64,000 nt of DNA, taken from Candidatus Saccharimonadota bacterium (GTDB lineage Bacteria; Patescibacteriota; Saccharimonadia; Saccharimonadales; UBA10212). A program made the translations under genes and the position numbers. Under the pieces are notes generated by a model. That model saw only the letters and a program-made list of their open reading frames with translations, was not told the origin of the DNA and searched no databases. The stretch lies in assembly GCA_013815775.1 (NCBI GenBank), contig JACDFN010000001.1:173883-237882 (forward strand), read 5' to 3'. Below, one piece after another: positions 34,638-44,090 of the stretch (position 1 is its first letter; each line of letters opens with the position of its first letter).

Positions 34638-36761
34638 ATGAAAGAGGAGTTATTCAAAGGATTAAATCCGGAGCAGTGCCGCGCCGTGGAGACCACCGAA
34701 GGCCCTCTATTAATTTTGGCTGGCGCTGGTAGCGGTAAGACTAAGACTCTGACCCATCGCATTGCCTTCTTACTTGCTGCTAAGAAAGCTACACCGTTCA
34801 ACATATTGGCGGTAACTTTTACCAACAAGGCAGCCGGAGAAATGCGCGACCGAGTTGCTAAGCTTATGGGAAGTGACTCTACAAGCCGCGGCTTCATGCC
34901 TTTTATGGGGACGTTTCACAGTATCTGCGTTAGGATTTTACGTCAGGACGGGGAAGCGGTTGGTATAGCACCAAATTTTGTTATCTGGGATGAAGGTGAT
35001 AGGCAGGCGGCGGTGAAGCAAATTAGCAAACAATTGGGGATTAACGAAAAGGCCTTTCCCCCGCGTCTGCTAGTTAGCTTAATTAGCGGAGCAAAAAACG
35101 AAATGATAACACCGGCCGATTTAACCGCTACTGCAAATAGTCCCGCCACGCACGCTGCATCTAAAGTTTACGGAGCCTATGAAAAGGTACTTCGGGATGC
35201 TTCGGCGCTTGATTTTGACGATCTAATTGGGCGCACTGTAGAAATGCTGGTCACCCAAAACGACGTACGCGCTAAGTGGCAACAGCAATTTAATTATGTG
35301 ATGATCGATGAATACCAAGATACTAACTCAGCCCAATACAGACTAGTAAAACTATTGACAGGCCAACATCATAACATTGCCGTAGTTGGAGATGATTGGC
35401 AGAGTATCTATAGCTGGCGAGGTGCTGATTTTCGAAACATTCTAAACTTTGAAAAAGACTATCCGAGTGGTGTGGTTATAAAATTGGAGCAAAACTATCG
35501 TAGCACTAAAAATATCCTGGATGCTGCCCATGGGGTAATTTCTCATAACCAGCACAGAAGTAAAAAAAATCTATGGACTGCCGAAGGAGCTGGCTTGCCG
35601 GTCCAAGCTTTGCAGGTCAACAGCGAGAGAGCAGAGGCAGAAGCAATTGTTCGCAGCGTACGTAACGGCGTAGATGCAGGGAAACGAAGGTACAAAGACT
35701 TTGCCGCTTTGTATAGGACTAACGCCCAAAGTCGAGCACTAGAGGAAGTCTTTGTTCACTACGGCATACCATATCGAATCATTGGCGGGGTGCGGTTTTA
35801 CGAACGAAAGGAAATAAAAGATATCATTGCCTACCTGCGGTTGATCTACCAGCCCGAGGACTTTGTAAGTTTTGCCCGGGTAGTCAATATACCAACACGG
35901 GGCGTGGGATCCCGCTCACTTCAAGTTTTTAACGATTGGCGGGCTAGCCATGGGTATGGCTTGTTTGTTGGCTTGAAAAACATAAATCAAACATCCGGTT
36001 TAACGCCCAAGGCTAAGGCCGGGCTCACTGAATTAGCCGATGTGATCTTATCCTTTCACTCTCAGGCCCAAGAGTTGCCACCAGCCAGTTTGATAGACAG
36101 CTTAATTAGGCGGCTAGACTATCTGCATTTCTTACAAGACGGTTCGCCACAGGGTGAAGCGCGTATAGAAAACGTCAAAGAACTTTTGAGCGTGGCGGGT
36201 GAATATCATGACGTGGGGCTGTCTGGGTTTTTAGAAGAAGTATCCCTAATAGCTGATATAGATAGTGCTGATTTTAATGGCGATGCCGTGACCTTAATGA
36301 CCTTGCACGCAGCTAAGGGGCTAGAATTTCCAGTAGTGTTTATAACCGGGCTTGAAGAGACAATCCTACCACATAGCAGAGCACTCTATGACGCGGCTGA
36401 GATGGAGGAAGAGAGGCGGCTGATGTACGTGGGGATGACAAGGGCAAAGGAAGAACTACATTTAATTCACGCTACCGGCAGAACTCTATATGGCGGGAGA
36501 CTACACAACCCGCCAAGCCGTTTTTTAGCTGATATCGACTTTGTTCCAGCAGAAGCGGTACCCTTCGAGACGCTCTCATCAAACGTTCTTCCAGAGGAGC
36601 CACGTTACGTACTAGAACTTAATGAGGGAGATGGTGTGAAGCATCAGCTTTTTGGACTCGGGACTGTAATGGAATTAGAAGGAGACAATGCGGTTATTTA
36701 TTTTAAGGGAAAAGGTTCTAAAAAGCTGAATATAGCATTTGCTCCTCTCGAGAAACTATGA
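34638..36761 (+). CDS. pcrA: ATP-dependent DNA helicase PcrA/UvrD family
   Basis: 707 aa. Walker A AGAGSGKT, motif II DEYQDTN, motif III GDDWQSIYSWRGA, QNYRST, and motif VI VGMTRAKEEL. Confidence 0.9.
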   Translation: MKEELFKGLNPEQCRAVETTEGPLLILAGAGSGKTKTLTHRIAFLLAAKKATPFNILAVTFTNKAAGEMRDRVAKLMGSDSTSRGFMPFMGTFHSICVRILRQDGEAVGIAPNFVIWDEGDRQAAVKQISKQLGINEKAFPPRLLVSLISGAKNEMITPADLTATANSPATHAASKVYGAYEKVLRDASALDFDDLIGRTVEMLVTQNDVRAKWQQQFNYVMIDEYQDTNSAQYRLVKLLTGQHHNIAVVGDDWQSIYSWRGADFRNILNFEKDYPSGVVIKLEQNYRSTKNILDAAHGVISHNQHRSKKNLWTAEGAGLPVQALQVNSERAEAEAIVRSVRNGVDAGKRRYKDFAALYRTNAQSRALEEVFVHYGIPYRIIGGVRFYERKEIKDIIAYLRLIYQPEDFVSFARVVNIPTRGVGSRSLQVFNDWRASHGYGLFVGLKNINQTSGLTPKAKAGLTELADVILSFHSQAQELPPASLIDSLIRRLDYLHFLQDGSPQGEARIENVKELLSVAGEYHDVGLSGFLEEVSLIADIDSADFNGDAVTLMTLHAAKGLEFPVVFITGLEETILPHSRALYDAAEMEEERRLMYVGMTRAKEELHLIHATGRTLYGGRLHNPPSRFLADIDFVPAEAVPFETLSSNVLPEEPRYVLELNEGDGVKHQLFGLGTVMELEGDNAVIYFKGKGSKKLNIAFAPLEKL

Positions 36762-36834
36762 GTCGCACGCACCGCAGAAATATGCTATATATGCTAAAAT
36801 GTGGGTTGCTTTCAAGCTCTTCAGGGCATTTTTT

Positions 36835-38067
36835 ATGAAACACGGCTATCTTTCTAAATTAATCAGCAGAACTTGGAAAAGGCTTCATCATCACGGACAC
36901 AGACACGTGCGCCGTCGACCTTATATTTTGCCTATTTTCGGTCTACTTCTAGGTGCTGCTATAGTCGGTTCAATTGTAGTCGCAAAAGGCGGTAACACCT
37001 ATGGTCCCAGTAATTCCCACGTGGTTTTCCTATTTGACAAAGGTAAAAAAACTACATTAAACACCAAAGCAGCTACCGTTGGTGATTTAATAAATAAGAT
37101 ACCCTTGAAACTTATCCCTGAAGATGTAGTTGAGCCGTCCAGGGACACTCCCATAGAAGAAGATAACTTTAGAGTTAATGTATACAGGGCCAGACCGGTG
37201 ACGGTTGTTGACACGGCCAGCAGAACAGTCACCCTTACTGCTCAAAAAAGCCCAAGGGTAGTAGCCCAAGCCGCCGGCTTGCCAGTCTATGCTGAGGATA
37301 ATGTAAGTTTTGCAGCGGGGGACATAAACAAAAATATTTTAGGGGAGCAAGTAGTTATTAATAGAGCTACTGCCGTACAGTTAAACCTATACGGCGACCC
37401 TCTGACTATCCGTACTCGCACTAAAACTGTCGGCGAGCTGCTTAAAGAAAAAGAAATTAAACTCGAGCAAGGTGACAGCATCCAGCCGGTAGCTGAAACA
37501 CCACTATCACCTAACATCCAAATTTTTGTCAGCCGCATGGGGGTACAGATATCCACAGTTGAACAAGCTATACCCGTAGTTACCCAAACCATTACAGACG
37601 CCTCGCTTAGTTTGGGAGCCAGTGTAGTTCGCCAAGCAGGTACACCTGGAAAAAGAGTATTAACTTACCAAATAGAAACCAAAAACGGTCAAGAAGTAAG
37701 CAGAAAAATTATCCAGCAGGTGGTAATACAAGAACCAGTACCCAGAATAGTTGCCCGCGGCAATGCTGTTAGTGTGACGGGCGGCAGGACAGAATGGATG
37801 GTAGCGGCCGGGATTGCCAGTTCTAACCACGGCTATGTCAACTACATAGTCAGTCGTGAATCAAACTGGAACTACCTGGCTAAGAATAGTTCTTCTGGTG
37901 CTTACGGATTATGTCAGGCATTACCAGGCAGCAAGATGGTTTCAGCTGGGGCCGACTGGGCTACCAACCCGGTTACTCAGCTTAGATGGTGTAATGGTTA
38001 TGCCACGGCACGCTATGGTAGTTGGGCTGCAGCCTATAATTTTTGGATAGCCAATCGATACTGGTAA
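36835..38067 (+). CDS. DUF348/G5-domain cell-wall hydrolase (RpfB/YabE-like architecture)
   Basis: TM anchor, DUF348-like repeats (TVGDLINKIPL..., TVGELLKEKEI...), a G5 domain (GTPGKRVLTYQIETKNGQEVSRKI), and a C-terminal transglycosylase- or APF-like domain (SGAYGLCQALPGSKM...W...RYGSW). The ORF is open from 36739; I prefer the ATG at 36835. Confidence 0.7.
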   Translation: MKHGYLSKLISRTWKRLHHHGHRHVRRRPYILPIFGLLLGAAIVGSIVVAKGGNTYGPSNSHVVFLFDKGKKTTLNTKAATVGDLINKIPLKLIPEDVVEPSRDTPIEEDNFRVNVYRARPVTVVDTASRTVTLTAQKSPRVVAQAAGLPVYAEDNVSFAAGDINKNILGEQVVINRATAVQLNLYGDPLTIRTRTKTVGELLKEKEIKLEQGDSIQPVAETPLSPNIQIFVSRMGVQISTVEQAIPVVTQTITDASLSLGASVVRQAGTPGKRVLTYQIETKNGQEVSRKIIQQVVIQEPVPRIVARGNAVSVTGGRTEWMVAAGIASSNHGYVNYIVSRESNWNYLAKNSSSGAYGLCQALPGSKMVSAGADWATNPVTQLRWCNGYATARYGSWAAAYNFWIANRYW

Positions 38068-38118
38068 TACTTAATTAAAATCTACAATTTTTAATAAAAC
38101 TATACTGATGTTCACAGC

Positions 38119-38742
38119 TCAGTTAGCTTTAGTAAGCGTTTTTCCTTGGGTCAATAAATTGTCCTGTGCTTCATACATTAGTTGTACGCTCCTATCTTCT
38201 TCGTTCAAGTCTTCTACATCAAAGCAAGGTGCCTGAGAGTTTGGTTCAAACCAGTAATATGTATCGTCAATCTTATTGCCACCTAAACTTACCATTCCTT
38301 CAAGTTCTGCTTCAGTATAAGGGCTTCCTGAGTTATCGTCGCCGGGCTTAGCATAAGTTAGCGCAGCTAGTCCATTTCCATCGTCCTGGGGGCCACCCTT
38401 TGCCGTACAACCTTCAAATCCCTTCATACTGTCATATCTTCTTAGAGATAAATAGATAAAACCATCTTTGCTTACGTGATAATAAGCATCTTTGATTTTG
38501 TCAGTAAGCTCGAACTGAACAGTTTTTTCCTTAATTACTAAGTAACTTTTGTCTATCGCTGGGGTGACTGAGGTTGGATTATTGGTTCCCTGAGCGCCAC
38601 TGCGGGTTTGCTCTTTGGCCTTGTTACCTATAGTCTCTTTGTTCTGACTCCAGACATACCAGCCCGTAATGCCCACTAGTATTATCAGTATAAATACCAG
38701 CACTATTTCTATTACACTAAAGCCTTTTTGGTTTTTATTCAT
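38119..38742 (-). CDS. Type IV pilin-like protein (prepilin N-terminal cleavage/methylation motif)
   Basis: 207 aa. The N-terminus MNKNQKG|FSVIEIVLVFILIILVG matches the class III signal (G/F-x-x-x-E plus a hydrophobic helix). Confidence 0.75.
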   Translation of the reverse strand: MNKNQKGFSVIEIVLVFILIILVGITGWYVWSQNKETIGNKAKEQTRSGAQGTNNPTSVTPAIDKSYLVIKEKTVQFELTDKIKDAYYHVSKDGFIYLSLRRYDSMKGFEGCTAKGGPQDDGNGLAALTYAKPGDDNSGSPYTEAELEGMVSLGGNKIDDTYYWFEPNSQAPCFDVEDLNEEDRSVQLMYEAQDNLLTQGKTLTKAN

Positions 38743-38794
38743 GTTGTACTGTTTTTCTCATGCTTAAATATATCACTTGAGGTAAACTTTTGAT

Positions 38795-39607
38795 ATGGAT
38801 CTGCCGAGGAAGAGTTTGGGTCAGCACTGGCTCAAGGACGAACCGACACTTGCCGCTATTTGCCGAGCGGCTCAATTAGGGGAAAGTGACGTTGTATTAG
38901 AAATTGGTCCAGGATTGGGTGCGCTAACTAAGCACTTAGTCAAAAAATCCAGAAAAGTAGTTGCTGTTGAGCTAGACAAAACGTTGGCGGATCAATTACC
39001 CAAAAGCATCCCAAGTAGAAACTTAGAGGTTGTTAATGGGGATATTTTGAAGTTTGACTTTAGTAAACTGCCATCTCGATTCAAAGTTGTAGCCAATATT
39101 CCATATTACCTGACCAGCAATTTACTACGAGTTTTATCGGAATCTAAAAACCCTCCAAAGGTAATTGTAATGCTCGTCCAAAAAGAAGTTGCTGAGCGTA
39201 TAGCAGCGCGGCCGGGGAAGATGAGTGTACTGGCGGTTAGTGTCCAGCTTTACTACGAAGCAGAGCTGGGGCAGGTTGTGCCGGCCATTTTTTTTGAACC
39301 TCCTCCTAAAGTTGACTCTCAAGTTATAATTTTACGTCGCCACTTTAGTCCGCTATTTGACAATGTAGATGAGAAAAAGTTTTTTAGACTTGTTAAGGCG
39401 GGCTTTTCATCTCGTCGCAAGATGCTGCGAAGCAGTTTAGCCGGAGGGTTAGATATGAGCAAACACGATATAGAGGAGATGCTCATGGCTGCTGAAGTAA
39501 ACGGTGATTTACGCGCCGAAGCGCTTAGTTTAACGCAGTGGCATAGTATCTACACAGAATATGTCCTTAAAAAAGACTTACGCTCCCTACTCCACTTAAA
39601 TACTTGA
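38795..39607 (+). CDS. rsmA: 16S rRNA (adenine1518/1519-N6)-dimethyltransferase
   Basis: 270 aa. LGQHWL, the SAM motif VLEIGPGLGALT, and NIPYYLTS. Confidence 0.9.
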   Translation: MDLPRKSLGQHWLKDEPTLAAICRAAQLGESDVVLEIGPGLGALTKHLVKKSRKVVAVELDKTLADQLPKSIPSRNLEVVNGDILKFDFSKLPSRFKVVANIPYYLTSNLLRVLSESKNPPKVIVMLVQKEVAERIAARPGKMSVLAVSVQLYYEAELGQVVPAIFFEPPPKVDSQVIILRRHFSPLFDNVDEKKFFRLVKAGFSSRRKMLRSSLAGGLDMSKHDIEEMLMAAEVNGDLRAEALSLTQWHSIYTEYVLKKDLRSLLHLNT

Positions 39608-39608
39608 C

Positions 39609-40061
39609 TTGTTAAGTATTTTTATTTATGCTTATGGTATCGCAGATAAACTTCAGTCTCCAAATGAATTCCCTACCCCATTACTGCATTTGACGTATGT
39701 TTTACAGCAATCGGCTGATGCTCTTTTAGAGTCCAGTATCGGAGTAGGGCTGTCGTCTGTTCGAGTTATGAGTGCACTTTCAGATCGTACCCCCCGCTCG
39801 CAGCAAATGGTCGCCTCTCAGCTCAGGCAGACTGAATCTTATGTAAGTCGTCAGCTGAGGGTAATGAAAAAGCAAAATTTAGTTAAAGTTGCTAGGAACA
39901 AAAAAGACGGAAGGCAAAGAGATGTTGTTTTGACAAATAACGGCAAGCACAAGTTGCAAAAAGCTGTAAAGCTTTTGGAAGCTCAGCAAAGACGGCTGCT
40001 GCCTAGAAAAGATGCTAAGTTATTTGACCAGTCTGTAGATAAATTTCTAAGCCATATCTAA
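39609..40061 (+). CDS. MarR-family transcriptional regulator (putative)
   Basis: 150 aa (TTG start in the track). Winged-helix-like segment RSQQMVASQLRQTESYVSRQLRVMKKQNLVKVARNKKDGRQRDVVLTNNG. Confidence 0.6.
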   Translation: MLSIFIYAYGIADKLQSPNEFPTPLLHLTYVLQQSADALLESSIGVGLSSVRVMSALSDRTPRSQQMVASQLRQTESYVSRQLRVMKKQNLVKVARNKKDGRQRDVVLTNNGKHKLQKAVKLLEAQQRRLLPRKDAKLFDQSVDKFLSHI

Positions 40062-40168
40062 ATTTTATTGACATTAGCATAATAAAAACCAATACTAAGG
40101 GCTAGTTTAACTAAGTTTAATTACCTCAATGCCATCAGATCAACGGAAACAATCTGTGGTTATGCAAA

Positions 40169-41509
40169 ATGAATCCGGCAAATAATGTGAACATGATAAA
40201 GCACGCCAAATCTTTTAACAGGCAGCAATTTGTGGTGTTTGCTTTGCTTTTTGCGGTTATTGGAAGCTATTTTATTTACCGAACCTACGCCTATCGATCT
40301 ATTGAAGGGTTGCTTCATGCAAATGGAACCTTGGTGCAAACTGCAGACAGAAAAGTTTACCTCATAGAGGAAGGTAAACTTAGACCGGTTACCGCCGAGG
40401 TTTATCAGACCTATGGGTATACCACCGAAGAGGTGAGGAACGCAACGGAGGCAGATTCTGAACTTGCTGTAGGGATTCCCTTGCCGCTGGCTGAAGGCTC
40501 TGTTGTTACACAGGGCGGTAAATCTTATCAAATAGAAAGTTCAAACGGAGAACTTAAGAAAAGATTGCTTGAGGACAGCCAGAGACTTAGTCAGCTCAAT
40601 ACTGGCAACACAGACTTAGCTGAAGTTAGCAAAAGCAACCTTCCTCGCGCAACCCTTGCCCCACTAAAAGAATTTACAGGCAACGAAGCACATCCCAACG
40701 GAACGGCTATATTGACTAGTGAAGGAAAAAACTACGTTATAGAAAATAATAAGCGACGAGTTGTTCCAAGTACAGCGGTAGGTCTTTCTCACCGGCTAAA
40801 TCTGCGAACCGTTGTTGCCGAGAACGATGGTGATAGAGCTCTCCCTTTAGGCCTCCCGCTCGAGTTTAAGAGCGGTTCTGTTGTTAAGGGGTCCGGTAAA
40901 ACAATTTACGTTATAGAAAAAACTAGAATTCTGCGTTACGGAGGACTTCGAAGTAAGATCGATTTAGTTAAACGTCCTATAAGAAGTACCGAAGCATTTT
41001 TATCATATGGTTACAAAGAGAGCGACATTATTAAAGCTTCTGACAGCGAGCTTCGCAGCATAAGAGGTGGAGCCTATTTGCCGCAATCCTCGTCTGCACC
41101 GGTGCAAGTAATAATTACACCTCGCAAAGGCGAAGACTCTAAATCTCTAAGCGAAGAATATATAAAGCAAGGCGCAAAAATTCGCCATTTATATCCCGAA
41201 TGGTTTTCTTTAGAGATGCCTTATAAGTTGTCACAAAAATTAAAATCAGACTCAAGTATACAAAAAGTTGAAGGTAACATTCAAGCTATTGCTTATTGTA
41301 ATACGACAGCCATAATAGCCTGTGGCGGTCCTGCGCCTACACCTCTACCGCCTGATGAATCCGACCTGCCACCACCACCTCCACCACCACCGTCCGGACA
41401 GCCACCAGTAGCCCAAACTGGGCCAACGCTTGAGGGGTTGCCAATAGTTGGCCAAACACTTGTCAGTACGCCTGGCTCATGGGCTAACGGAGTAGGTGGG
41501 TATATATAA
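40169..41509 (+). CDS. N-terminal part of a frameshift-split giant surface protease (signal anchor plus repeats)
   Basis: 446 aa. Signal anchor FVVFALLFAVIGSYFIY and a poly-Pro linker. It ends inside a GSW...Y.W.RC repeat domain, at a TAA created within a (TA)4 run (41501-41508). See the findings. Confidence 0.7.
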   Translation: MNPANNVNMIKHAKSFNRQQFVVFALLFAVIGSYFIYRTYAYRSIEGLLHANGTLVQTADRKVYLIEEGKLRPVTAEVYQTYGYTTEEVRNATEADSELAVGIPLPLAEGSVVTQGGKSYQIESSNGELKKRLLEDSQRLSQLNTGNTDLAEVSKSNLPRATLAPLKEFTGNEAHPNGTAILTSEGKNYVIENNKRRVVPSTAVGLSHRLNLRTVVAENDGDRALPLGLPLEFKSGSVVKGSGKTIYVIEKTRILRYGGLRSKIDLVKRPIRSTEAFLSYGYKESDIIKASDSELRSIRGGAYLPQSSSAPVQVIITPRKGEDSKSLSEEYIKQGAKIRHLYPEWFSLEMPYKLSQKLKSDSSIQKVEGNIQAIAYCNTTAIIACGGPAPTPLPPDESDLPPPPPPPPSGQPPVAQTGPTLEGLPIVGQTLVSTPGSWANGVGGYI

Positions 41510-44036
41510 ATGGCAACGCTGCACAAGCGACCAACCAGATGGCTATGGCTCCGACTGCGTGGATATAGTTGACGTAAATTCTGCTAACTACCAGATTCGG
41601 GAGGCTGATCTCAATTATCGACTCAGGGTAGTAGTAACCGCCACTAATGACTATGGCCCCGGCACTGCGGCGCCATCCAAAGTAAAACTACCGGTGACTC
41701 CAGCGCCGCCTTCAGCGGATCCAACACCTCCACCACCACCCCCTCCGGGCATTCCTGCGCCTGAAATTAAAGTTTGGCAATTCTTAAGCGGTAGTACATG
41801 GACCTACGGCGTTGAGCTTGCCAGCAGGTGTGAGGTTCAGCTACAGGGTGGCGGAATCCAAGCATTTACCCCTAGCCTGGGCGGCCAATATAGTGTCACT
41901 GCGGGTAATGGCAATCAGGCTGGCCAACTGAAATGCTGGAACGGCAATGTTGGGCCTGTAACAAGCTCGTGGGCAGGACCCTCGGCACCCAACCCTCCTC
42001 CACCGGACCCCGGCATTTCGGCACCGACAATTATTTTGTGGAAATTTAACACCGGCAACAGTTGGTCATACAATGTTAGCAACGCCAATTACTGTGAAGT
42101 CGTTCTAGCTGGAGGCGGTGTCCAACCATTTAGTCCATCTAACGGAGGACAGTTTAGTGTCACAGCGGGCAACGGTGGCCAAGCTGGACAACTGAAGTGC
42201 TGGAATAGTTCTGTTGGACCTGCCATAAGTGCTTTTGATGGGCCCGCTGCGCCTACTACAGTCGACCCCCCTCCTCCACCGCTACCAGGCCCTAAGCCTC
42301 TACCAGACCAGTATCCGGTAATTACCGGTAAATCTATAATAGGCGAATCATTGTTCGCCAGTTCGGGTTCTTGGAGATTTAGTGTTAATAGTTTTACTTA
42401 TCAATGGTATCGTTGCGGCGGAACCGACTCCCTGGGTTACGGCATTAACTGTGTTGCCATACTTTTTGCAAAAAATACCTCTTATAAAATTGATGCTAGC
42501 GATAAAGGCCAGCGCATTGTCGTTAAAGTTACAGCCACAAATGCAAACGGATCTGTCTCAGTCGGTTCACTTGCCACGGCTGTAGTAACTGACGGGAGAG
42601 CCCAAATTTCTGCCGTACCCGCGGGGGTAGTCGCCGCTGGCACAACCGTCTCCCTAAACTGGGACATGTCGCCTGCAACAAGGTGCAATCTTTCCAGCAA
42701 TCCTGCTGTAGCTAACTGGAATGGTAAAACCAATCAACCGGCCATTGGCAGCGCTACGGTAAAGGTGACAGAGACTACAGTATTTGGCTGGGGGTGCAGC
42801 AATGCTCAAAATTTCTACATTGGTGACTACACCGTAGTTGTGGACAACCAACAACCGCCAACAAATCCTCCTCCACCACCTCCACCGCCAGGCAACCCGC
42901 CGGCACCACAGCCCAATCTAACGGTTAATATATCTGCTCAACCGGGAACAACCGTAGTAGCAGGCACACCGGTAAGCATTGTTTGGAACAGCACTAATGC
43001 TACAAGCTGCACTGCCACAAGTAGCCCAAACAACCCGCAGTGGTCTGGCAGCAAACCAGCGTCTGGCAATCAAGCAGTGGGTGCCTTAACAGCTACTACT
43101 AGCTTTAATATCAGCTGTAACGGTCCAGCTGGCTTCGTACTTGGCTCTGTGAATGTAACAATTGGAGCCGCTCCAGCCGATGCATTTAGCTTAAACTCTC
43201 CGCACCTGCGTCGGGTAGGCGCTAGCCCAGGCGGCGGTGGTGGTGGGACTGTGGCCGTGCTAGACACTGGCGTAGAAGCGCATCCCTTACTGAACGTGAC
43301 AGGCGGCTTTAACTGTGTAGCTGGCGATGGAACCCCGGCAGGACAGGACGATAATGGGCACGGTACTTCAGTGGCAGGCGTTATAGGAGCTAGTGGTGAC
43401 GGTATTAGTACACCAAGAGGAATTGCCCCCGGAGCAGCCATAATATCTATTAAAATGGCTGGTGCATCAGGTGTTTCTAACTTCGACGATATTTTGTGCG
43501 CTATTCGGGAAGGTGCTGCCAGAGCAGGAACTTTAAACATAAGTAGCTCAATAGGTCGACTTATTATCAATGGAGAACCAGAAACTAATTTGAGCAGTTG
43601 CGATAGCAGCATCCTTCATCAGACTATTTGTAACGCGCGGGTAAGAATAGTGGCCGCCGCCGGGAATAGTCCAAACCTAGGAACATTAGAAAACTCATTC
43701 GGCCGGTATCCTGAAGTAACGGCAGTAACCGCTATGCACGACAACGACGGACGCCCGGGCGCACTTGGTAGTGCAACAGGAGGTCCCAGCAACTGCACAG
43801 GAGACGATCAAATAGCTAGTTATTCCAGCTTTTATAACGGCATGGGCGGCGTAATTGCGGCACCAGGCTGCGTATTCACAACTGCTAGGGGCGGTGGTAT
43901 GTCCCGCGGCAGTGGAGGAACAAGCCATGCAACGCCTATGGTCGCTGGCAGCTCTGGAAACGCCAGCAGCGATCCAGCTTATATGTATCAGCCACCACCC
44001 ACTAACCGTGATTACGGTCCACTCTTGCGGTTGTAG
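41496..44036 (+). CDS. C-terminal part of the same protein: Ig-like repeats, poly-Pro linkers and a subtilisin-like (S8) serine protease domain
   Basis: 846 aa. S8 catalytic triad motifs: VAVLDTGV (Asp), DDNGHGTSVAGVIGA (His), GGTSHATPMVAGS (Ser). The first residues (..IYKWQRC) complete the domain interrupted at the end of ORF 40169-41509. Confidence 0.75.
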   Translation: MGIYKWQRCTSDQPDGYGSDCVDIVDVNSANYQIREADLNYRLRVVVTATNDYGPGTAAPSKVKLPVTPAPPSADPTPPPPPPPGIPAPEIKVWQFLSGSTWTYGVELASRCEVQLQGGGIQAFTPSLGGQYSVTAGNGNQAGQLKCWNGNVGPVTSSWAGPSAPNPPPPDPGISAPTIILWKFNTGNSWSYNVSNANYCEVVLAGGGVQPFSPSNGGQFSVTAGNGGQAGQLKCWNSSVGPAISAFDGPAAPTTVDPPPPPLPGPKPLPDQYPVITGKSIIGESLFASSGSWRFSVNSFTYQWYRCGGTDSLGYGINCVAILFAKNTSYKIDASDKGQRIVVKVTATNANGSVSVGSLATAVVTDGRAQISAVPAGVVAAGTTVSLNWDMSPATRCNLSSNPAVANWNGKTNQPAIGSATVKVTETTVFGWGCSNAQNFYIGDYTVVVDNQQPPTNPPPPPPPPGNPPAPQPNLTVNISAQPGTTVVAGTPVSIVWNSTNATSCTATSSPNNPQWSGSKPASGNQAVGALTATTSFNISCNGPAGFVLGSVNVTIGAAPADAFSLNSPHLRRVGASPGGGGGGTVAVLDTGVEAHPLLNVTGGFNCVAGDGTPAGQDDNGHGTSVAGVIGASGDGISTPRGIAPGAAIISIKMAGASGVSNFDDILCAIREGAARAGTLNISSSIGRLIINGEPETNLSSCDSSILHQTICNARVRIVAAAGNSPNLGTLENSFGRYPEVTAVTAMHDNDGRPGALGSATGGPSNCTGDDQIASYSSFYNGMGGVIAAPGCVFTTARGGGMSRGSGGTSHATPMVAGSSGNASSDPAYMYQPPPTNRDYGPLLRL

Positions 44037-44052
44037 TTTAGCCTTAAGCGAA

Positions 44053-44081
44053 TTGAAAATAAGGTACAAATCTGCTATAAT
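44053..44081 (+). promoter_or_regulatory. Sigma70-type promoter TTGAAA-17 nt-TATAAT upstream of the tmRNA
   Basis: -35 at 44053-44058 and -10 at 44076-44081. The mature 5' G of the tmRNA lies at 44091. Confidence 0.6.
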
Positions 44082-44090
44082 AGGTGCTAT

